Assembly (NCBI GenBank): GCA_964016885.1
Contig: OZ024742.1
Coordinates: 193,192,001-193,256,000, forward strand
Origin: Eledone cirrhosa
Lineage: Eukaryota
Reading direction: 5' to 3'
DNA length: 64,000 nucleotides
The translations under genes and the position numbers were made by a program. The notes beneath the pieces are model-generated. The model had not been told where the DNA came from. It was given only the letters and a program-made list of their open reading frames with translations, and did not search any database. Below, one piece after another: positions 28,491-40,300 of this stretch (within the stretch, counting starts at the first letter, position 1; the number at the start of each line of letters is the position of its first letter).

Positions 28491-29301
28491 ATATATATAT
28501 ATATATATATTTTGTTGTACATGGGTAGGGTCATATTTGTGTATATTGCCAGAATTAATAACAGAACACACTCACAGTTTGGTTGGTTTTCTCTTTTCGC
28601 TTCTGAGTCTTTTATATCGGTAATCTAATATATTCGGTCCGCAATGTTGCTATTGACTGACCAACGGTCCAAAATAATACAGATACAATATAGACACAAA
28701 CACATATATATAGTTTATCAAAGTTCTTTCGTTGCACATCTGCAATATCGTCAGTGGTGCTAATGTTTCCTCCCGTTGCATTGTATTTTTTACGCCATCT
28801 TTATTTAGTCTGTTTATATATTTATCTATTTATTTGTTTATTTCATTTTGTCTTCTTTGCGCATGCGTTTGCGTGTGTGTATAGTGTTTGGTTTGATGTG
28901 TGTTCGTGATTGGGTGACTGTGTATTGGTTAATGTATTCTATCTTTACTAGTATGTGTTTATATGTGTTTGTTGTTATTGTGCTTGTGTATGTAGTTGTA
29001 GTTATTTATTTATTTATTTATCTATTTATACGTCTCTTAGGTCAGTGTTGTTTGTTTGGGTGTTGTTGTTATTCCATTCATTCTTTCTGTTTAGCGTTGG
29101 CCTTCTAAGTTCTATTTCACTGGCCTCTCTGATTTGCCTATCTGCTGGGTCATTTCTATGTTTAGATATTATTCTAATTTCTATGTTGTCTATGTTACCG
29201 TCATATTGTCGTCTGGCATGTTCGTATAGTAACAAGTATAACAATATTTGATTCGACACACGATTTCATATCAAAAACCTCGCAAAACTAATTCATCGCC
29301 A

Positions 29302-29684
29302 GTGGATTGGCAGTATCGGTAGAGGGTCGGACGCCATGCTTTCCAGCATAGTTACGTCCCTTTACGATCTGAGTTCAAATCCCGCCGAGGTTGATTTTGC
29401 CTTTCATCCTTACGGGGTCGATAAAATAAAGTACCAGTAATTCACTGGGCATTTGCTGGCCTTGTGCCTAAAGTAGAAACAATTATATATATATATATAT
29501 AGGCGGTGGATTGGCAGTATCGGTGGAGGGTCGGACGCCATGCGTTCGAGCATAGTTACGTCCATTTACGATCTGAGTTCAAATCCCGCCGAGGCTGACT
29601 TTGCCTTTCATCCTTACGGGGTCGATAAAATAAAGTACCAGTAATGCACTGGTTAATTGCTGGCCTTGTGCCTAAAGTAGAAAC

Positions 29685-29746
<62 letters not shown>

Positions 29747-29931
29747 CGGTGGATTGCCAGTATCGGTAGAGGGTCGGACGCTATGCTCTAACGCATAGAG
29801 TTCCGGCCCTTGCCATTCTGAGTTCAAATCCCGCCGAGGAAAACTTTGCCTTTCATCGATACGGGGTTGATAAAATAAAGTACCAGTAATACACTGAGTA
29901 TTTGCTGGCCTTGTGCCAAAAGTAGAAACAG
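29302..29931 (+). mobile_element. Three head-to-tail SINE copies separated by (TA)n
   Basis: 29302-29486, 29502-29690, 29744-29931; A/B boxes intact. Confidence 0.92.
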
Positions 29932-30002
29932 TCATATATATATATTTATATATATATATATATGTTTAGTCTGCCTCTCTGTTTAGTTCCCGTATAAATT
30001 TG

Positions 30003-30051
<49 letters not shown>

Positions 30052-30169
30052 TATATTTATTAAAATAAATTACTATATATATATATATTACTATATATAT
30101 ATATATAGAGAGATAGATAGATATATAGATAGATACATATGCACGGGTGTGTATGATTGTGTATAGAAG

Positions 30170-32215
30170 ATTATATTAATAAAAGGAATTCCAACTTTGT
30201 CTGATTTACTCGTTTTATTTAGAATCCTTTAAAATTTATAATGGTATTAGAATGAAATAGTATGTAGATTATTAAATGTTAAATCTTAATTTAACAATTA
30301 CTTTCATGCTTTCGCAATCTTCAGGTTCATAATGTGTGGTGATAGTCAAGTTTGAAATGTTCAACTGAAATGAGATGGGTAAATTTTGGGCCCTATATAC
30401 AGTGAAAAGTGGCACCAGAATGCTAAATCTTGCAAACTGTATTCCGACCAATCGGTGTGTAGTTTCACTGGATTACTAAAGCTGGTTTAGGCGTCACGGT
30501 TGGTTGAGCATGTCTAACGACTACTAATTGACCCTATCCAAAGTATCAATTGTTTTGCTATTTTTAGAAATGATGAAAATAGCATTTTCTAGTAATCATC
30601 ACCATCAATATCACTTTTATTATTATTATTATTATTGTTGTTGTTGTTAGTTGTCGTAGTCATAGTCATAGTAGGGTACCCCATTATTATTGTTCATTTA
30701 GCTTGGGTTTGAATTTTTTAATAAAATTCTTTTCTTTGATTTTTCTCTTGATTTCACTTGGGCTGTGTAATTTGTAGAATGGGAATATTATAAATATTTC
30801 CTGACCACATGTTGCTAGATGGTTACTTAGGGGTATCTGACGGACATTTTGGTCTCTGATTTGCTGTCGGTGTACCCTTGCACGTTCCGATAGTGCATTT
30901 CCAGTTTGACCGGCATATAGTTCTTCACAATTCGGGCATTTAATGCAGTAAATTAGATTTCTGCTTTTGAAGTTCATATTTGCATTTGGGAATATTTTTC
31001 CAGTTTTTGTTTACATATATTGACCGGCGTGTATGGATTGGCATGTGCTACATCTACTATCATTGCATTTAGATACAGTGAATGATTGGTCTTTGTTGTT
31101 AAGGTCAAACTTTGCTTTTGTTAGTAATTGCTTCAAATTTTTCGGCTGTCTTTTACTAAGAGTCAAAGATCGATCTGTGATTAAGCCTTTTAATTCATTA
31201 CTTTGAGCAATGATCGGTAGGTTTGCTTTGGCAGTGTTGAAGATATTCTGGTGACATCGGTTGTGTGTCATTATAAATGGTATGACCAGTTCTTGGTTTC
31301 TCCTTCCTTGGGTTGTCCTAAGTTGTTGTATAGGTATTTTTATAGCCCGCTGTATGCCATTTTCTGTAAGTAGAGATGGGTATTTTTGTTTGATCAAAAA
31401 TTCTCTTAGTTCTGTTAGGCGTTTGTACCTGGTATTCGTATCTTCTACAATGGTACAAATTCTTCTGGCTAGGCAGTATGGGATGTTGCGTTTTGTATGA
31501 GGTGGATGGCACACCTCAAAATTCAGATATTGATTGGTGTCTGTGTGTTTATAATATATATCCGTGGTAATGGTGGTGTCGTTTTTGCTTATCATTATAT
31601 CTAGGAATGGTAATTTGGTATTACTCATCTCTTTTGTGAATTGGAGAGATGGGTGTAGGTTATTCAGGAGGATATTGAACTCATCCAGAGTAGCTAGAGA
31701 TTCTGTCCAGATGATGAAACAGTCGTCAAGGTATCTCTTCCAAGATTTTAAAATGTACTTTCTAAAGTCAGTACTATATTTTTCCTCTATTTCTTGGTAG
31801 AGTTGTTGTTCTAAATATCCCATTACAGAGTTCGCGTAAACGGGAGCAAACTTCGTTCCCATCGCTGTGTCTCTAATTTGGATGTAATTCTTTCCATTGA
31901 AGAAGAAAGTGTTGTTTTACAGAATAAGTTTAACTGCGTCCAATATAAATGGCGCTGTGAATCTGATGGGAATCACTTTTCTATGTTTTTCCCCCCAGTA
32001 TTTAACCGCCTTTATTCCTAAATCATGTGCAATGTTGGTGTAAAGGCTTACCACATCAAAACAAAGTAGAAGTGAATTCGTTTCCGTGGTTTTGGGAAGA
32101 TGGGACAGGAAGTCGATATCATCCCGGATGAAATCGGGTATGTGAATACATAGTGGTTTCAAAATAATGTCAACAAAATTGCTTAGACAGTGGGTGGGGC
32201 ATGTTGGACCATATA
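30170..32215 (-). mobile_element. PLE (Neptune-like) relic with RT and GIY-YIG endonuclease
   Basis: FDVVSLYTNI, MGTKFAP, RYLDD, FLD; C-x4-C-x2-C linker; LIYCIKCPNC..YAGQT; degenerate HHR at 30293-30327; 5'-truncated, disrupted. Confidence 0.92.
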
Positions 32216-32330
32216 TATAATGTAGGAGGTGAGTTTTATTGTAGCACAACAAAGCAATGCAAATATCGGATAAGTAGCACTCTACAGTTTATAGGACTGG
32301 AGTATAAATAATATAAGATCAAAAGAAGTT

Positions 32331-34082
32331 TAAAAGAGTTCCAAGTATTTTATTATGCGCATTTCAAAAACAAATATCATCATAGGATGATATCTGCGTT
32401 CTCATAGAGATGAAATAGGGAGACATGATATGAAGCTTAAAAAACACTTGTGAGCAGTGAAGTTTTAAATCAACATATGAAAAATAAAAGTAAGATGGAT
32501 ATTTGAGATTGAGCAAATAAAAATGAGGGGGGGGGGGTAGGAAAAGGTAAGGAAGAGGAATGAAGAAAATAAAGGATGGTGGGGGAGGAGTGTAAGGAGG
32601 AAGGATGAGAGACGAGGAGAAATGAGTGATAGAGAGAAAGAAATAGCCTTTAACAACTGAGAAAAACATTGTCTCACAGAGAGAAATTAAAAAAACCGTT
32701 GGGAGATAATAGATAATTTAAAAAGATTTTGAAATTAAAAGTTAATGAGGTTTATGGATGTTGATGTTTATGATTGAAGAAAAAGGAATTAGGAATAATA
32801 TTAATTTAGGTTTATATATTGAAGGGTTTAATAATATGAGCGAAAAAAAAAGAATTTATTAATATGTATTATTAAAATAAAAATATTAATGATATTAAGG
32901 ATATAATGTGAAAGAACGAGTAAAATAAATGAATTATGAACTTAGAGGAATTAGTTAGGGTTCAAGTTTGTTTTTATATATTGTAATATGTAAAAGTAAA
33001 TAATAGGTTTAAAACGAGCATGGAAGGAGAGAAGTAAAAAGAGAATTTAAGGAAAAAAATATCTAACGTCAAAAAGTATATACGTTTACAAAAAATTACT
33101 AATGGTAATATTATTATGTATTAAACATTATATAGTTTCTATGGCCAATAATATGATGAAAAATAGAACATTGGAGAATGCTGTAGTGAGTCATAATATG
33201 AGTTGAGAAGTAATTGGGAAGTAAAAGTTACAGATTAAAGATTAGAAATTAACAAAGAAAAAAGGAAGAAGGAAAAAGGATAAAAAGAAGAAAGATAGGG
33301 GATCACAACAACATAGAGTGAGTAAATTGTATAATATAATATACTGAAATAAGGTAGAAAGATGGATATATTTGTAAAAGATATAAATCCGTACGTCTAT
33401 TTATTATAGAATTAAATTTAGATATAATGGTAAATTTCTCGGCTAGGCAGAGATGACATGTTCTTGATAGGGAAGAATTCAGGTAAGGAATGGCGTTGCA
33501 AACCTTCCTCCAAGAGATGTTATAGTTAATATTTTTGTCTTTTAAGGACCATATGAGTTTCGAGAGTGCCGTGTTAGTTCTTTTAAGTTGGTATTTAAAA
33601 GAAGATTTGTGATTATAAAATCTTGCTTTAAAGGAAGTGGAAGCGAAACCGAAATAGGTAAAATAATTAGTACCAGTTATAACATTACATTCATACATTA
33701 AGTTTTTATCAAGATATTGGTTATTAAGAGGACATTTAGTTCTAACATGGCAATTACAATTACGATTAGATTAATTAGTTATTAACAAGTGACCTAGTAT
33801 TATTTACAGAAGGAATTGAATTGGAGAAGTTGTTTACGATAGGAATTATAGTTTCCTGATTTAGCTTGGTATTATGAACATTCAACGAAGTTAGGTTTTC
33901 TCAATCTCATATATCCATCTTACTTTTATTTTTCATATGTTGATTTAAAACTTCACTGCTCACAAATGTTTTTTAAGCTTCATATCATGTCTCCCTATTT
34001 TATCTGATGAGAACGCAGATATCATCCCATGATGATATTTGTTTTTGAAATGCGCATAATAAAATACTTGGAACGCTTTTAA
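32331..34082 (-). mobile_element. PLE relic (GIY-YIG) with 3' pLTR and inverted 5' pLTR
   Basis: ORF 33303-33698 YFGFASTSFKARFYNHK..CHLCLAEK; inverted arms 32331-32513 and 33900-34082. Confidence 0.85.
33998..34064 (+). ncRNA. Minimal hammerhead ribozyme motif
   Basis: ttttat CTGATGA gaacgcagatatcatc..gatgatatttgttttt GAAA tgcgca TA ataaaa; palindrome ATGCGCAT. Confidence 0.8.
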
Positions 34083-34099
34083 CCATCTTTTTATTTTAT

Positions 34100-35998
34100 A
34101 TATCTATCTATCTAAGGCGGGTAAAATTCCCGAGATCCATGGACGAGTTCTCTCCAGCGGTCTCTGTCCCTCATTATCGCTGCCATGTCCTGCGTCTCCA
34201 ACAGACCAGTGTCTGTCCTTAGGGCATCAACATACGTTAACCTTGGTCTTCTTCTTCTAGTGTGTCCATGTAGGGGCTCCCAAAGGAGCACAGAGTGCAA
34301 TGTCAACTCTGGATGTCGGTGAGCATGTCCAGCTAACCTCAGTCTCCTCTGTGTCACTTTTGAGCTGACTTTTGGGATGCTCCCATACAGCTCTGAGTTT
34401 TTCATCCTCAGTGTATGCTGATTAATGTTCAGAGCCATCCTCAGCATTCTCGTGTAGCACCCATCCACCATCTGAGTGAGTTTCTTGGTCAGTGTCCAAG
34501 TCTCAGACCCATACAACAGCACAAACTCTACTACAGCAATGAAGAGGCGGCACTTCAGGTCTCTACGAAGGTCCGACTTCCACACCGATCTGAAGCTGTG
34601 GCACGCAGGCCAGGCCTTTCTCTTCCTCTCAACCACATCATCTTCCGTATTCCCAATCTTTGCTCCCAAATACAGGAAGTCCTCAACCAATTCCAGCGGC
34701 TTCCCGCCTACATTAGTGATCCCCTCTGGCTTCTCAACATTCTCTACCAGATGTTTTGTTTTATTCTCATTCATTCTCAGCCCCACACTCATCGACACAG
34801 TCTCAACCTCCCGCATCAAATCCTCTGCCTCCTTCACTGTATTTGTCACCAAAACTATGTCGTCGGCAAATTCAGCATCCGATACCTTTTCCGCCCTAAC
34901 TCTCCTGCTCTGAGCCGGTGCTACAGTAAAGCCACAGTCCTGGTGTTTCTCCAGTGCAAGGTGCATACAATAGTCCACTACGATGATAAAAAGGTAGGGA
35001 GCCAATGTATCTCCCTGGAGCACTCCAGCCAGTATCTCAAAGAACTCTGTCATCCCATCAGGTGTAATGACTTGGGCTTTGGTGTTGGTATAGAGCAGTG
35101 ATATCTGGTCCACTATCCTCTTGGGGATTCCATAAGCCTGTAAGATCTTCATCACCCAGTAACGGTCCACAGAATCAAAGTTAATGAAAACCACGACCGC
35201 AGGAAGGCACTTTGCTCTAGCTCCCTCTAATATCCTCCTCAGCATCAGGATGTGACTGGTGGTTGATCTACCCTCTCTGAAGCCGTTCTGGTTGTCGCTG
35301 AGCTTCTTCTCCATCTCAGGCTGGATCCTGTTAAGAATCATCCTGTTCAGGGTCTTTGCCACAAGTGACGTCAGTGAGATCCCCCGGTAGTTGTTGGTGT
35401 TAGAGACATATCCCTTCTTTGGCACTGGGACGATGTTACTGATCCTCCACTGATTCGGGGCAATTCCTCTCTCCAGTGCGCCGTTACAGAACCCCAGGAT
35501 GATATCATCAAAATCACACCTCTTCATCACCTCTGATGCCACTCCATCTTCTCCATGAGCCTTGCCCTCCTTGATCCTCTTCTTGGCTCTCTGAAGCTCC
35601 TCTCTGGTGAAGGGCTCTGTATCAACATCCAGTTCCTCAAACATCCGCCTGATCTCCCCAGTGCTCTGGGCTGTGGAGGGTGGCTCTCCTAGTAGGGTCC
35701 TAAAATGGTCTAGCCATTTCCCCTTCCTATCCTCGGGCCCCGTTCCCTGGATCTGACTCGAACATCTTCTCTTCCTCCCTGTGATCTCGTTGATGATCAT
35801 CCAGCTCTCCTTACATCCAGATCTGTCAACCGCTCTCTCCACACTTCTGATCTTCTCTATCAGTGCCTCTTCTCTGACCTCAGTGTAAGCGGTACAGAGC
35901 TCTTCCCTCATCACCTCCACAGTCTCCATCCTCTCCTCCGTAGTATCAGCATAGAATTGGTCCCTGGCAGCTTTCAGGTGTTCTCTAGCTGCGCACAC
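34100..35998 (-). mobile_element. 5'-truncated RTE-clade LINE (RT domain)
   Basis: 628-aa ORF: NYRGISL, GVLQGDTLAP, FADD, LLYGSETW, RLRLAGH; short (ATAG)n tail after the stop codon. Confidence 0.9.
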
Positions 35999-36720
35999 TT
36001 TATATCAACTAGAAATAGATTGACACATAAATATATCTAAAATAAACATATGAAACAATCAGAGGGGATAATTTGTAAAAGTGTGTAGGCACACATTGCT
36101 ACGTAGGTAACTAAATAAAGTTTAACTAGAACTTCAAAAATAAATAGATACCTTATAAATGGATTAATCTTCCTTGTATATATTTCATTAAAGAAATATA
36201 TTTCACCAATTAATCGATTGGTAAACGACAGTAGCCAGATCCTGGATTTTCAACAAAGAAGAGGACTAACCATCTGTGTTTACGCATCAAATTCAAGTCA
36301 CCGACTGGCCAGTAACACGTGCTGTATTTACTAAAAATACACACATCGTACCAGCTTCGTTCCAGTGGCGTGAATAGGGTTATCGACAAATATAAATAGC
36401 AGTCAAGTCCTTTCAACTGATTTAGCTCTATAATTAATATTTATATATATCCAAAATTAATTTAAATTAAGGGTGTCATGTCGGATAGACATGCGCCATA
36501 TCACCCGTAAAATATGCTCCAAGATTCCAATGAATAGATCCGAGCCTTTTATATCAACTAGAAATTGAGTGACACATAACTATATCTATGTGCGCTTACA
36601 CACTTTTACAAATTATCCCCTGTGATTTTTTCATATGTTAATTTTAGATATATTTATGTGTCAATCAATTCTGGCAATATTATTACACAAATATGACCCT
36701 CCCCAAGTATAACAATATAT

Positions 36721-36792
<72 letters not shown>

Positions 36793-37596
36793 TACGCTCA
36801 ATCTGTCTCATCAAGAATCTCTTCATTTGTATGTAGGCCTATACTTTCATTCAGAGACGAAGCGATACCGTGAAAAATTATAAAATTCAAAAGATTAAGA
36901 TATATGACGTTCGAAATTAAAAGAAATGGGATGTAATACTATATAATAATATCAAGACAATTAATGAAGTTCAGGAGCAGTGAGAGGGGTGTTATCGATA
37001 TTAGGTATCTCATATCAAGTCTGTGGTTTATATGTCGGAAGAATTGAAATATCCGTAATGTTTCTTTGATTTGATCCACTAAACTCTGTATGCATGTGCA
37101 TGTGTCCTTTAGATTTTGTGCGCGTGTGTGTAATGCGTGTGTGTGTTTGTGATGGTTGAGTGTGTGTGTATTGTTAACTATGTCTAGTATGTTTGTTTAT
37201 GTAGTGATTTTATAAGATTGTGTGTAACTTTAGAGCTATCCCAATAGAAATAGCTATGAACATTCAGATACAAAACTCGGAAGTACAATGAAACAAAAAC
37301 ACATGTGCCTTCGACCTATGGTGTAGTAGATTACGTATAAACTGCAGAGCGGCAAATGAACTGTGTGGATTTAAACCACAGACTTTGACAATGAATTAAC
37401 TTGCGCAATCAATAGACTGACTCCCTTACTGAATCCATACTGAATCCAGACTGAATCCATACTGTAGAAATACACAATATACCAGTAAGACTTGATCCAA
37501 CTTTTTATTCATCAGAAGCGTGAAGTTGAACGAAATATACTGCGTCCTTTTTACACACTCCCATTATATATATGTGTCTGTGTGTGTTTATGTAAG

Positions 37597-37678
<82 letters not shown>

Positions 37679-37889
37679 AAGGATGAATATAAAATGAAAG
37701 TGCTTTTTTTAAAAAGGAATTTATTAGGTATTAAAAAAAGCACTTTCATTTTATATTCATCCTTTCTACATTTTCTCCGAAATATAATTTATACTCGTTG
37801 AGCTAACCTGCACGTACGCTGTTCATCTCTAACGTAACGATATATTATCACTACATTATTGATAACCTGAAATTTTATATATATATATA

Positions 37890-38256
37890 TATAAAGAAAA
37901 AGGGATGAAATCGAAAATGCAACTGAAGTCTTATTTTTTAAAAAAATATATATATTTATTTGGTTCCTTTACCGGTTTCGCAGTTCTTCTGCTTTTCAAA
38001 AGGTGAGTTGAGATGGAGGGTCTGTGGTTTTTCTCACATGTGAGTGGCGCAAAATCAGGCGTATAGCGAACTCTAGACCTGCCAGATCAAACTCTAGACC
38101 TGCCAGATGTGAGAAAAACCACAGACCCTCCATCTCAACTCACCTTTTGAAAAGCAGAAGAACTGCGAAACCGGTAAAGGAACCAAATAAATATATATAT
38201 TTTTAAAAAAAATAAGACTTCAGTTGCATTTTCGATTTCATCCCTTTTTCTTTATA
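37890..38256. mobile_element. Young fold-back mini-element with U3-A8 hammerhead
   Basis: Arms 37890-38039 and 38107-38256 look identical; HHR 38143-38180 (+) and 37966-38003 (-). Confidence 0.88.
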
Positions 38257-38312
38257 CTTCCACTCGTGTAGGACACCGGTTATTTTTCATTTTGTAAAAA
38301 AAACCTCACTTC

Positions 38313-38529
<217 letters not shown>

Positions 38530-38647
38530 AGTACTCTGGTGCGTAATGGTCCACCTGGTTCCTTACCACAATTTCTTTGTTGTTATATACATACATATGT
38601 ATATACATTTCTTTTTTCATATTAAATATATATAAATACATACACAC

Positions 38648-38700
<53 letters not shown>

Positions 38701-38952
38701 AATGGAAGTACAGCATAACGATAACCTGTTATCCCGTATATATATATATATACGGGATAACAGGTTATCGTTATGGCAGTCCACTTAGATGTAGTTCGAT
38801 GAAACAGACTGGTTATAAACAAAGTATTGGAGATCGAGTGGCGCAAAATCAGGCGTATAGCGAACTCTAGACCTGCCAGATCAAAGAAACAATTGTCAGC
38901 AATGTGAATAAAGCCCTTATTGTATAGCGAACCATGTCAATCTTCTTTCTTG

Positions 38953-39055
<103 letters not shown>

Positions 39056-39521
39056 GGCTCCATCTTGGATTTGCGAGTTGCTAGCCCTTCACCTTTTTCA
39101 AATATATCGGTTTCACAAACACGACCTTTTAGCCCCGAAAAGAACTAAGTTTTACTTCTTCATATACTGCAGCGAAAAAAGAATGCAATGACCATGCTCA
39201 CACAATACGCATGAAACTGTTCAGTTCCGGTGATACCTCTATTTGATGCTTTTTTAAATGAAGGAAGGCCTTACTGAATCATTTCCACCCAGGGAATAAC
39301 GGTAACAGTTATTCAACCGCCCCTCTGCCAAGGAACAGTTTTAAATTATCCGCTGCTATCGCATCGTAGTTTTTATCTCACAGTTTTACTTCTAGAATGA
39401 TGCCTTAACAACTCCCAGGGGACTCTCACTTCCATTGTCCCACTGTACATAGATACATACATTCATATATACATTCATACATACACACATATATACATAC
39501 ATACATACATTCATACATACA

Positions 39522-39891
39522 TGGTGGCTGCCAACTCGTTTTCGAGTATGGCCACTACTTTATATCCATGCAGGAGAACCCCTACCGATGCGCTGAACGA
39601 GTGTGACATTTTAGTCCAGTCAGTGACTTGAAAACTCTGGTACAAACACTACACTTGTGACAATTATTGACACATAGTGCTGGGCCCATGGTACCATGTG
39701 ACGACAAGTGCAGAGAGATCTCCAGATATAAAGCAATGCCTGTGCATTGCTTTATATCTGGACATCCTACAGGACTAAAAACAAAACCTGTCAAAGGGCA
39801 AAGGAGCTCTTAAGAGTCAATTGCCATCCAAAATCACCGGGAGAGATGACGCCTTAGCCTTTGTCAAGGCAGAATTCTAGGAGAAGGAAAA
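39522..39891. mobile_element. Bipartite RTE derivative with internal fold-back inversion
   Basis: 3' part on minus strand, then a short hairpin and the 5' part in opposite orientation. Confidence 0.8.
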
Positions 39892-39945
39892 CATACATAC
39901 ATATATACATACATACATACATACATACATACATACATACATACA

Positions 39946-39978
<33 letters not shown>

Positions 39979-40300
39979 TAATAATTATCAATTAATGCTA
40001 TCATGCAATGCCTGTGCGTGAAGATTTTTTTAAAAGTGAGGAAAGGTTGTGCACTGAGCCAAAGCCACTCTCTGAGCGACAGTAGCTATAACCCGAAAAT
40101 GAGAAAAGATCAACATCACCGGTAACTACTGAACCGCAGGTTTTACGTCAGAGTTATCCCAGTTTCCTGAGTTGCCTTCTCCTACAAGAATGCCTTGACA
40201 AAGGCAAGGGGTCCTTCACTCCCACATACATAAATGCATACATACATACATACATACATACATACATACATACATACATACATACATACATACATACATA

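Noticed and set aside
29502-29590. tRNA gene
   Set aside because: A/B boxes belong to a SINE head followed by the SINE core and tail; no full cloverleaf.
34415-35101. 228-aa plus-strand ORF, and similar antisense ORFs over the Tx1 elements
   Set aside because: Antisense shadows of LINE coding sequence.
36837-36920. Possible next M13 exon (ag|GCCTATACT.. AYTFIQRR)
   Set aside because: Starts with AY but lacks LPG/QLFF motifs and reaches a stop codon.
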